Source: a virus
DNA length: 24,322 bases
Virus record (IMG/VR): IMGVR_UViG_3300014911_000466
Reading direction: 5' to 3' (one strand)
Below the pieces are notes generated by a model. The model was not told where the DNA came from. It ran no database searches and was given only the letters and a program-made list of their open reading frames with translations. Positions 1-8,079 of the stretch are shown piece after piece (position 1 is the first letter of the stretch; every line of letters begins with the position of its first letter). Both the position numbers and the translations under genes were made by a program.

Positions 1-123
1 CACTATAAATGGGTTAGTGCCCCGCAGTGGGTTTGGGACGGCTCGGCTTATGTTCCATACATTTTTAAGGATAGATATGCAAGTGAAGGCTATTATCAGG
101 TTCAGACTGGATTGATAGGAGCG
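1..123. repeat. Terminal direct repeat, left copy (circular assembly overlap)
   Basis: 1-123 is identical to 24200-24322. Confidence 0.97.
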
Positions 124-2127
124 AGAATCTACGATTATTATGCCACATTCTATGACCCTAACATGAGTGAGGTTAGGCTTTACGATGAAAGATGGGAAGT
201 TCAACGCTACAGAAATGGGAAATGGAATGATATAGGTGCTCAGTCAGGCGCTCCAATCTTCAAAATCTCTCAATCTGAAACTTGCATTAACATCACGAAG
301 AGCTTTCATTCATGGGCTGGCTGGCTCAATATAACCTATTGTTTCCGTGAAGGCTCTCCATTAAAACATACTGTAGTTTTTAAGTCTGAAATTGCTGAAG
401 CTACGACTTTTAGAATTATTCAGAAGTGGGCTGGAATAGTCGCGGCGAAGGTTAAGCATGCTAAAGGCGAGGATACAATAACTTCAGCTAAAACGATAGA
501 TAGCCCGTGGTTTAGGTTTGAGAAGGCGGATGGAAGCCTCAGCGTCTATGAGAATCAGTGGAGCATGTATTATGGCTTCAACGAGACGACTGGCGAGGTC
601 TACGTTCTCAGCAACCATAACTTGAAGCCCGTGGAGATTGACGTTCACGCTCGGGGATTGAAGGCGGATTTTGTGTTTGGAAACTGGACTTTGGCGAGTG
701 GAGAAAGATTAATTATTGACCCTGAAACAGCAACATTATCGCCTCCGCTAAGAGATACGTTTGCAGATGAATACAACCCTGACCTTGATAGGGAAAGCGA
801 AACTTACCTTTTAGTTGCCAACAAAACAGGCTACAGTGGACGGGCATATATTCTATTTAACTTGTCAAGTATCCCTTCGGATGCTTGGATTTCATCTGCA
901 CTACTGAAACTTTATCATTATGGTGGAACGGGGACGGTTGGTGAGCAGGCAACGATTCAGGCTCGCAGAGTTACTTCAAACTGGACAACAATAACATGGA
1001 ACAACCAGCCGTCTTTCTCCAGTGAGATAACAGCTGAAACCACTGTCACGTTTGGCAATTATGACTGGTATTCATGGGAGATTAAGAGTGATGTTCAGAT
1101 GTGGGTGAACGGTTCCTGCCCCAATTACGGAACTGTTCTGCTGATAAATGTTGCCAACAGCCCAGAGTTTTACTTTTACAGCCAAGAATATGACGGCTAT
1201 GACCCGCAGCTTGAAGTAACTTACACAGCTAACCAGCCTCCTAACGGTCCTACGCTTGACAGCCCAGCCAACGCCACACGCTTCAATCCTTCAGCAAACG
1301 TAACGTTCAACTGGACATTTAGCGATGCCGACGCTGGCGATTCGCAATCAGCCTTCCAGTTCCAGCTTGATGATAATTCGGATTTTTCCTCGCCGATAAT
1401 AGACACGGGCAAAGTCAGCAGTTCAACCTCAAGCACCACGCAGACTCTGCCCTCAACTGTCGGCTTATATTATTGGCGCGTCAAAACATGGGACAGTTAT
1501 GATGCTGAGGGTTCCTGGAGTAGCAGTAGAACATTAATTGTGGACAAACTTAACGTTACGTTTACAGTTTCGCCTGAAAATCCGCAGGCAGGAGACAAAA
1601 TCACTTTAAGCTGGACGATAAAACGGGAATATGACGGTTCAACCGTAACTAACTTTACAATTGACATTGCAAGAGACGGTGCCTTATGGATGGAAGACTT
1701 AACCGTGAATAATATAACGGACTACGAGGAGGAGGAGATGAGCCATACATATGATGTTTATGCGGGCACAGTAGTTGACTTGGATTACGGCTTAAACACA
1801 TGGGACAGCACTCCAATAACTGTAACTTGGACTGGAACCGGCGGAGGAGGAGGCAGCCTGCCTCCTGCTCCAGAGGAAACGCCGGCTCCAACTCCGACGT
1901 CTGAAGTAACGCCGCCTATGGCTCCATCTAACCTTGTTGTTGTCGGCGTCTTAATTATTGTTGGAATAGTTAGTTTCGCTGTGGCGAGCAGTGAGGCTAA
2001 GCCTAAGATTAGTGTTAGCCGTAGGAAATGGAGTTCGTCTCGTAGACGGGCTTTGAAGAAGAGGGTTAAATGGAGGAAGCCTAAGACGAAGGCGGTTAAG
2101 TGGAGGAGGGAGAAAACGTGGGAGTGA
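1..2127 (+). CDS. Large membrane-anchored adhesin (3' part; begins near 24050 across the junction, about 758 aa): N-terminal domain ending IIDP, DNRLRE-type domain, Fn3/Ig domains, G/P linker, TM helix, basic tail
   Basis: Frame is open from base 1 (HYKWVSAPQW...). DNRLRE-like motifs RAYILFNLSSIP, TWNNQP and NYG; Fn3-like YYWRVKTWD; C-terminal TM followed by a K/R/W-rich tail. Confidence 0.85.
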   Translation, partial: HYKWVSAPQWVWDGSAYVPYIFKDRYASEGYYQVQTGLIGARIYDYYATFYDPNMSEVRLYDERWEVQRYRNGKWNDIGAQSGAPIFKISQSETCINITKSFHSWAGWLNITYCFREGSPLKHTVVFKSEIAEATTFRIIQKWAGIVAAKVKHAKGEDTITSAKTIDSPWFRFEKADGSLSVYENQWSMYYGFNETTGEVYVLSNHNLKPVEIDVHARGLKADFVFGNWTLASGERLIIDPETATLSPPLRDTFADEYNPDLDRESETYLLVANKTGYSGRAYILFNLSSIPSDAWISSALLKLYHYGGTGTVGEQATIQARRVTSNWTTITWNNQPSFSSEITAETTVTFGNYDWYSWEIKSDVQMWVNGSCPNYGTVLLINVANSPEFYFYSQEYDGYDPQLEVTYTANQPPNGPTLDSPANATRFNPSANVTFNWTFSDADAGDSQSAFQFQLDDNSDFSSPIIDTGKVSSSTSSTTQTLPSTVGLYYWRVKTWDSYDAEGSWSSSRTLIVDKLNVTFTVSPENPQAGDKITLSWTIKREYDGSTVTNFTIDIARDGALWMEDLTVNNITDYEEEEMSHTYDVYAGTVVDLDYGLNTWDSTPITVTWTGTGGGGGSLPPAPEETPAPTPTSEVTPPMAPSNLVVVGVLIIVGIVSFAVASSEAKPKISVSRRKWSSSRRRALKKRVKWRKPKTKAVKWRREKTWE

Positions 2128-4082
2128 AAGTTTTTAGGATTGTTGCAACTGCATCTTTGATTTTGCTGATTTTACTTAGCCAATTTGCGGTTTTTCGGTT
2201 TATTCCGAAAGTGAAGGCTCAAGAGGAATGTCTTAAGATTTATTATGATTCTGAGAAGGGCTATTATTATTTCTGGACTTTGAATAGGGAAAAGGTTGTG
2301 CTTGAAAAGAATGGTTTTGCAGTTTTGAATAGATGGGATGGCGAAGCATGGATAAAATTTGGCTCGCTTCCTTCTGTGGGCGAGATTGAAATTGAGGTTG
2401 AGGCGGAGCTTGTAGAGAACAAGTTGAAGTGGAAAGGTAAATGGAAAATTGGAATAGAAGAAGTTGAAGTTGAAATAGAATTGGAGCCTAAGAACATTAG
2501 CGAGTATGGCGATTTAGAATGGAGCATGAAATTAACAGATAAACCGCCGATAAATGCTTTCTCTATGCCTATTCAAAGTGAAAATCTCAAATTTTATTAT
2601 CAGCCTCCGCTTTATGAGGAATATGGCTTTTCTTTGCCTTTCAGCAATAGCACTTTCTTTGTTAATGCTACTCATGTTATGGAATTTAATGGGACAGATT
2701 GGATAACGACAACTTATAGACCAGAAAACGTTGTTGGCTCTTATGCTATCTATCATGCCTATAAAATGCATAATGAATATAAGACTGGAAAAGCATTCCA
2801 CATTTACCGTCCCAAAATCATAGATGCAGAAGGAAATGAAGCTTGGTGTAACCTTAACATTTCTAATAATCTTTTGAAAATTGAGATTCCACAAGAATTT
2901 TTGGATAAGGCTGTTTATCCCGTAACCATTGACCCGACATTCGGATACACTACTAAAGGTGCAAACCAAGCATTAACTCCTGGAAATCGTATTTTTGCTT
3001 CATGGTATACATGCCCAGAGAATGGGCAAGCAAACAGCATAACCGTTTACTTAAAGCAATATAGTAGCTACACACCGAAAATTAAATGTGCCATTTATAG
3101 AAAATCTGATGGTTCTTTAATTGGTTACACAGAAGAGTGGCAATTGACAAGTGGATGGGACGGCTGGAGAACTTTTAGTATTATTTCGGGAGGAAACCTT
3201 CAAGCTGGCACGGATTATTGGTTAGCTATGTGGGGGAATGAATTCTATTACCGTTATTACGATTCAGTGTCAGACAAGGGCTGCCAAAAATCAGCTACTT
3301 ACAATGATTGGCCTGACCCCTTAACTGGTATTACCACAACAGACAACAAAAATAGCATTTACTGCACCTACACGGCTGGAGGCGGAGGTGATACTACACC
3401 GCCAACCTACGACGCTAACACTTTAGGAACAAACACTACCGCAGCTGGACAGCCATGCCTATTCCACTGCAACTGGAGCGACGATACTGGCTTGTCGGGC
3501 TTCATACTTGAACACAACAACACTGGCGTTTTAACAAACGAGACTTGGACAAGCTTTGACAGTTTAGGCACAGGCAACACATGGAGCAACATCACATTAA
3601 CTTTGAACAACACTGTAGGAGTTGTCATTCAATGGAGAATCTACGCTAACGACACAAGCAACAACTGGAACGTAACAGACATACAATATTTAACCACAAC
3701 ATTCTACGCTGAAATCACCATTCAAACAACAAGCCATTCCTGGAACATTATGCCTGGACAGTCTAACGTTCTCATAAACGAGGGAAACATCACAATCACG
3801 GTTACTGCAAACGCCAATTTCACAATTCAAGTTAAAGGAAGCGGAGATTTAACTTGCGGCTCCCATTCCATCCCGCTAAGCAACGTGAAAGTTCATAAAG
3901 ACACGTTAGCTTCAGCCATTAGCCTTTCAACCAGCTGGCAAGACGTGCCCGGCTTAGTTAATGTGGCTTCTGGAACAGATATCACGTTAAAGTTTAAGCT
4001 TTGGCTAAGCGTGCCGGATGGAACTCCGGCTGGAGATTACACCTATACGCTTTACATTCAGGTGGTGCAGTATAATGGCTAA
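2118..4082 (+). CDS. Secreted multidomain adhesin (signal peptide, YPVTIDP domain, beta-sandwich domains, C-terminal pilin-like domain); putative fibre tip
   Basis: Signal peptide and no C-terminal TM; last ~120 aa are paralogous to the C-terminus of 4162..5136; SD GGAGGAGG precedes GTG 2118. Confidence 0.8.
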   Translation: MGVKVFRIVATASLILLILLSQFAVFRFIPKVKAQEECLKIYYDSEKGYYYFWTLNREKVVLEKNGFAVLNRWDGEAWIKFGSLPSVGEIEIEVEAELVENKLKWKGKWKIGIEEVEVEIELEPKNISEYGDLEWSMKLTDKPPINAFSMPIQSENLKFYYQPPLYEEYGFSLPFSNSTFFVNATHVMEFNGTDWITTTYRPENVVGSYAIYHAYKMHNEYKTGKAFHIYRPKIIDAEGNEAWCNLNISNNLLKIEIPQEFLDKAVYPVTIDPTFGYTTKGANQALTPGNRIFASWYTCPENGQANSITVYLKQYSSYTPKIKCAIYRKSDGSLIGYTEEWQLTSGWDGWRTFSIISGGNLQAGTDYWLAMWGNEFYYRYYDSVSDKGCQKSATYNDWPDPLTGITTTDNKNSIYCTYTAGGGGDTTPPTYDANTLGTNTTAAGQPCLFHCNWSDDTGLSGFILEHNNTGVLTNETWTSFDSLGTGNTWSNITLTLNNTVGVVIQWRIYANDTSNNWNVTDIQYLTTTFYAEITIQTTSHSWNIMPGQSNVLINEGNITITVTANANFTIQVKGSGDLTCGSHSIPLSNVKVHKDTLASAISLSTSWQDVPGLVNVASGTDITLKFKLWLSVPDGTPAGDYTYTLYIQVVQYNG

Positions 4083-4083
4083 A

Positions 4084-4139
4084 TTCCGTCCAGAATCCGT
4101 CTTTAGGCGCATGCTTGCCTAAGACGGCTGGAAACGGAA
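4084..4139 (+). other. Intergenic RNA hairpin with bulge-helix-bulge-like geometry
   Basis: TTCCGT/ACGGAA outer stem, CCAG/CTGG 4-bp helix, AAT and AA bulges on opposite strands, 11-bp inner stem with one bulged T. Confidence 0.65.
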
Positions 4140-4161
4140 AATGGAAAGGAGAGATGGAAAA

Positions 4162-5136
4162 ATGAAACGTGAAATATTGGCTGTATCCCTGCTGTTAACG
4201 TTAGCCTTGGCTTTAACAGTGTCTATGCCTTTAGCTTTGGCTGCCACTGAAGGTTCAAGCTCAGGCACGGCTACTGTAGGAAACGCTGCACCCACAGTTT
4301 CTAATCCCGGCCTGTTTGACAGCGCAGACTCTACAAACTTGAACAATACAAACTTGGATGTCTGGGTGGAATATCATGTTAACTGCACCGTTTCAGACAG
4401 CAACCAGCTTATAGACTTAGTGAATGTAACTTTCATCATTTGGGAAACAACCTATGCAACCGAGTCTTCAGCCGACAATAACGTTAACCACTACACTTTT
4501 GCATGGATAAACAGCACCGACACTTGGGACGAGATTGGGCCGGATGGTTCTGGAGACAGTCACTTGGTGGCTGCAAGCTGCAGTGACCCCGCAGATTTGA
4601 CGGCTACAAGTGGAACCTGGAAGTTAGCGTTTAAACTTCATAAGACAGCAAACTACACCGCCAGCAAAACTTGGACTGTTAAAATAATTGCTTATGACAA
4701 CGCCGGAAACACTGGAACCGTTCAAACGTTATGGTTTGGAGTCAACTTCTACTTGGAGTTGACTGTGGATGACGCTTCCCATGGATGGAGCAGCCTAAGC
4801 CCAGGCGACACAGACGTTCTGATAGATACGCCAGCAGATGGAGATATTGACGTTACCGTAACGGCTAATGCGCCATTCACTCTGCAGGCAAAGGGAAGCG
4901 GGAACTTAGCTGATGGAAACGGAAACGAGATTCCTTTAAGCAACGTGAAAATCCACAAGGACACTCTGGCAAGCGCAACTTCTCTAAGCACAACCTACGC
5001 CGACATTGGAGGCTTAACAAACCTTCCAGCCGGCGAATCTCAAACATACTCGTTTAAACTTTGGATAAGCGTTCCTTCAGGGCAGCCAAGCGGAACCTAC
5101 ACGTACACGCTATACGTGCAGGGAATACAAGCCTAA
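4162..5136 (+). CDS. Secreted two-domain pilin-like protein, 324 aa; putative fibre shaft
   Basis: Signal peptide ending ALA; mature N-terminal strand ATEGSSSGTATVGN; Ig-like domain; C-terminal domain with IPLSNVKIHKDTLASA and GTYTYTLY; no membrane anchor. Confidence 0.75.
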   Translation: MKREILAVSLLLTLALALTVSMPLALAATEGSSSGTATVGNAAPTVSNPGLFDSADSTNLNNTNLDVWVEYHVNCTVSDSNQLIDLVNVTFIIWETTYATESSADNNVNHYTFAWINSTDTWDEIGPDGSGDSHLVAASCSDPADLTATSGTWKLAFKLHKTANYTASKTWTVKIIAYDNAGNTGTVQTLWFGVNFYLELTVDDASHGWSSLSPGDTDVLIDTPADGDIDVTVTANAPFTLQAKGSGNLADGNGNEIPLSNVKIHKDTLASATSLSTTYADIGGLTNLPAGESQTYSFKLWISVPSGQPSGTYTYTLYVQGIQA

Positions 5137-5151
5137 ACTGAGGGATAACCC

Positions 5152-5745
5152 ATGAGAGTCCTGCCTCTCGTTTCCCTACTTGTTTTCTTAGCGGCAGCCA
5201 TGCCGGTTGTTTATGCGTTGCCCAGTATCGGCGTAAGCCACTACAACACGGAAGCCATTATATATATTGGAGAAACCAAAGAGTTTCCGGTTGGAAGAAT
5301 CTACAATACTGGAGACGCGGTTTTAAACGCTTCATGCAATTGGATTCCAGATGGAAACTGCAGTTTAACCGTGAAGGTTAAGCCGGAAAGTTATCTGTTG
5401 AAGCCGGAAGACAGTTTCCAAGTTATCGTAGTTGTTGAATCTCCAAGCGAAGAGCAAATAGGTAACTATTCTGGAATAGTTGAGGTTCTATGTAAGCCAT
5501 TAAACATTACTGGGAATCCCGTTTCTCCCGCTGGGTCGTTGCAGATTAAAATACGCGTTCTACCTTTAACGGATCAAGCAGAGTCCGCAGGAAAAGAAAC
5601 AGGCGGGACTACATTCAATTATGGTTTGGTGGTTATTGTTTGTTTGGCTTTAGGTTCAATCGCTGTCTCTGCAGTTTGGTTCAAGAGAAACAAGAAGCCA
5701 ATTAAGAAGGTTGCTCCTACACGTTTTTTATTGTTTCATTATTAA
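5152..5745 (+). CDS. Signal peptide, Ig-like domain, C-terminal TM and basic tail (chaperone/anchor-like)
   Basis: Ig-like motifs IYNTGD and GNYSGIVEV; TM GLVVIVCLALGSIAVSAVWF; KRNKKPIKK. Confidence 0.75.
   Translation: MRVLPLVSLLVFLAAAMPVVYALPSIGVSHYNTEAIIYIGETKEFPVGRIYNTGDAVLNASCNWIPDGNCSLTVKVKPESYLLKPEDSFQVIVVVESPSEEQIGNYSGIVEVLCKPLNITGNPVSPAGSLQIKIRVLPLTDQAESAGKETGGTTFNYGLVVIVCLALGSIAVSAVWFKRNKKPIKKVAPTRFLLFHY
5724..5730 (+). other. Candidate -1 ribosomal frameshift heptamer T TTT TTA
   Basis: Correctly phased in the 5152 frame (CGT TTT TTA); the -1 frame is the downstream ORF. Confidence 0.5.
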
Positions 5746-6119
5746 TTGTGGTTTTTCTGGCTGGAATCAACGTAAACTATGCTTATGGGCTTGAAAGTTC
5801 CGAAGGGCAAGCAACAGTAATAAAGAAAGGCTCATACTCTACTGGCAACGCAACCATAATTGAAACTTTAGCATACTCTATTGGTGAAGCAATAATAAGG
5901 CTTGTTGGCGGCCCATGGGTTCCCCCAGTTCCTCCTGCTCCTCCAAGCCCAGTTCCTCCTATAGCCATTAGATTTCCGATTGAAAGAATTGTCATTGCCC
6001 TAATCATCATCGTTGCAACCTTGATTGTCATGGGCGTAAGCGAGAAACAACATAGGAAGCCGAAACTTAAACGCAGCAGAAAAAAATGGAGAAAAAAGAT
6101 TAGGCAGCCTTTAGATTAA
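5724..6119 (+). CDS. Membrane anchor with three 13-aa repeats, Pro-rich linker, TM and basic tail (track start 5748)
   Basis: The hydrophobic segment FFIVSLLIVVFLAG begins upstream of GTG 5748 with no canonical start; repeats follow S-x-G-x-A-[TI]-[VI]. Confidence 0.7.
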   Translation, partial: FFIVSLLIVVFLAGINVNYAYGLESSEGQATVIKKGSYSTGNATIIETLAYSIGEAIIRLVGGPWVPPVPPAPPSPVPPIAIRFPIERIVIALIIIVATLIVMGVSEKQHRKPKLKRSRKKWRKKIRQPLD

Positions 6120-6553
6120 GGTTGCAGGTTCAGATGGATTGTGAAGCTTTTTGTTCCGACTGGTTCTCCGCCGTACACATGTAAAGTTAACGTTCCATTA
6201 AGCCATTCTCCGGGCTGAACTGTGGCTCCCTGCCTGTCGTAGGTTAATGTCCAGCCTGAAGGCAAAGCCTCATAGGTTAAAGTCACGTTGAAAGGCATGT
6301 TTCCAGCGTTAAAAATGTTTAGCGGCTTTGAAGTGTCGCTTCCCGGCTCCACGTTTCCCCAATCATAAATGTTTAGGGTTGTGCTGTTCATTCTCTTTCC
6401 ATCCAAGTATACTTCAGCCTCCACTTTCTCGACGACATTCACGCTGACCTGAATGTCATAAACCAGAGAAGTGACGGCGTAGGCAATGCTTGCACACGCC
6501 AAAACGATTAGAACAGCCAACACAAAGCTTACACGCCTACTTCTCCTCAACAT
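6116..6553 (-). CDS. Secreted TasA/AbpA-like fibre subunit (signal peptide, N-terminal beta strand, single beta-sandwich)
   Basis: SD GGAGGTGA; signal peptide ending AYA; motifs DWGNVEPG, NAGNMP and TVQPG; no anchor. Confidence 0.6.
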   Translation of the reverse strand: MLRRSRRVSFVLAVLIVLACASIAYAVTSLVYDIQVSVNVVEKVEAEVYLDGKRMNSTTLNIYDWGNVEPGSDTSKPLNIFNAGNMPFNVTLTYEALPSGWTLTYDRQGATVQPGEWLNGTLTLHVYGGEPVGTKSFTIHLNLQP

Positions 6554-6574
6554 TTCTCACCTCCGTTTAAATTT

Positions 6575-7000
6575 TTATTTTTCATTTAGAAGCCTCCATT
6601 TTGGATGATTCTTTAATTCCTCCGCGTGCCTGCTACATACTGGATATTCCCTGTTTGTCGGCGCAAAAATGGCTGTGGTTACGGCTATGTTCTCGCAGAA
6701 ATGGCATTTCGGCGCCGAAACTTTATTTTGAATTAGAACTGTGCTGTGCGGCTCTGCCTTGATGAATTGGATGAGTGTAGGCTGTTGCTTTCTTTCTTCA
6801 CATTCCTGGTTGAACCTTTCTATGAGCATGTCGATGGCTTGAGAAAGAGATAGCCTCGTGTATTTGCGGACGTTATCCTTGAAAAGTTCCATTTGTCCTA
6901 CGCGAAGATAGAAAGTGTAGCATTTACGGTATTCATTATTTAAATTATTTAAATTATTTAATGACTCTTTAACATTATTATTATCTGGAGTGTAGGACAT
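6575..7000 (-). CDS. Hypothetical DNA-binding protein (RHH-like segment plus C-terminal CxxC...CxxH Zn finger)
   Basis: YTFYLR...SLSQAIDMLIERF; CHFC...CSRH. Confidence 0.55.
   Translation of the reverse strand: MSYTPDNNNVKESLNNLNNLNNEYRKCYTFYLRVGQMELFKDNVRKYTRLSLSQAIDMLIERFNQECEERKQQPTLIQFIKAEPHSTVLIQNKVSAPKCHFCENIAVTTAIFAPTNREYPVCSRHAEELKNHPKWRLLNEK
6935..6961. repeat. 3 x ATTATTTAA tandem repeat
   Basis: Exact copies at 6935, 6944 and 6953. Confidence 0.9.
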
Positions 7001-7169
7001 TTTCTTTCCTCCTATTTCTTAACATTTCATAAATGGAATAGCGAACCAGCTCGCTAACTGTTCTGCCAGAAGATTCGGCTAACTGCTCCAGCTGCCTTTT
7101 AATACGCGGCTCAACTCTAACTCTTAAAACGCAGTCTTTACGCTCACGAAAAACTCCAGCCTTACTCAA
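6981..7169 (-). CDS. Ribbon-helix-helix (CopG-like) protein
   Basis: VLRVRVEPRIKRQLEQLAESSGRTVSELVR. Confidence 0.85.
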   Translation of the reverse strand: MSKAGVFRERKDCVLRVRVEPRIKRQLEQLAESSGRTVSELVRYSIYEMLRNRRKENVLHSR

Positions 7170-7371
7170 TTTTTTCCGCTCCTATTTTGCCTGTTTCTAT
7201 TGTGTGGTTTATCCAGCAGAAGCTTCCGTCAAACATGGCATGACACTTGCCTTGACGGTTGCACGCCGCAACTTTCCCTTTAAAAGTCAACTCGGTTTCC
7301 GTTACGTCTTTAAGCGTTAACTCAACGCATTCCTTAACTTTTGGGCAATACTGCAAAACCTTAACCTTCAT
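7162..7371 (-). CDS. Small Cys-rich protein
   Basis: Five Cys plus His residues; coupled overlaps with neighbouring ORFs. Confidence 0.6.
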   Translation of the reverse strand: MKVKVLQYCPKVKECVELTLKDVTETELTFKGKVAACNRQGKCHAMFDGSFCWINHTIETGKIGAEKIE

Positions 7372-7628
7372 TTTTCCGCTTCCCTCTTTCGTTTTGCTAA
7401 AATTTCAAAGATTTTCTTTAATCTCTCAAACTCACCATAAATTTCGACAAGTTTTTCACTCGTTACCTCGTTTTCAGTCATTTTTTCTAAACCTTCAATA
7501 ACTTCCATCATCTCTTGGCAAAGCCATTCCATACTGGTTGGTTCGCTTGGTGAGATGTTGCCTTCTTCCAAATTTTTTATGATTAAATTCAAAGAATACA
7601 TCACACGACGAAAGTGTCTATCTTTCAT
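7368..7628 (-). CDS. Hypothetical helical protein
   Basis: Overlap-coupled ORF in the operon. Confidence 0.6.
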   Translation of the reverse strand: MKDRHFRRVMYSLNLIIKNLEEGNISPSEPTSMEWLCQEMMEVIEGLEKMTENEVTSEKLVEIYGEFERLKKIFEILAKRKREAEK

Positions 7629-7906
7629 TCCTTCAACAACTCCTCTAATTCATTAACCCATCTCAAAAGTTGTTCCCGATTTCTTCCACCATAATTAAGG
7701 TTAATATTTCCTTTTAACCAGCCAAATAAATGCACAAATTTCTCTTTCTCGGTTAGAACATATTTTTGTTTTAGTTGTTGGAGTATGCTTAGAACGTCCT
7801 CAAGCCTAACCCATTTATGTCTGCGTAAAACCCATTCTGGAAGCTCATAACGCTCAAAGGCTTTTTGTTTGAGCCTCTCCTCCAATCCTTTCCAAACATC
7901 ACTCAT
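7625..7906 (-). CDS. Hypothetical protein, 93 aa
   Basis: ATG 7906 lies next to the upstream stop; SD-like GGAGG upstream. Confidence 0.6.
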   Translation of the reverse strand: MSDVWKGLEERLKQKAFERYELPEWVLRRHKWVRLEDVLSILQQLKQKYVLTEKEKFVHLFGWLKGNINLNYGGRNREQLLRWVNELEELLKE

Positions 7907-8078
7907 GGTTTGTTTTCCTCCTTTTTCTTTTGTCATGCGGTTTTGTCCGGAGCTTCCGATGGCATTTCGGGCAGACTGGCAAGCCTTTTCCGTTGATTTT
8001 ATGCTCGCCTTTCCTTATCCAGATTCCACACCAAGGACAATAATAATACCAGGCGTAACGGCTAACAGCCACAGGCAA
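7899..8078 (-). CDS. Zinc-ribbon protein, 59 aa
   Basis: CPWC...CPKC; TTG start immediately after the upstream stop. Confidence 0.7.
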   Translation of the reverse strand: MPVAVSRYAWYYYCPWCGIWIRKGEHKINGKGLPVCPKCHRKLRTKPHDKRKRRKTNHE

Positions 8079-8079
8079 C

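Noticed and set aside
1-123. Biological terminal repeat of a linear genome
   Set aside because: A gene reads through the junction, so an assembly overlap of a circle is more parsimonious
1221-4991. Antisense track ORFs (1221, 1655, 2267, 2532, 3407, 4119, 4749) and similar shadows elsewhere
   Set aside because: Nested opposite well-supported genes, with no motifs or SD support
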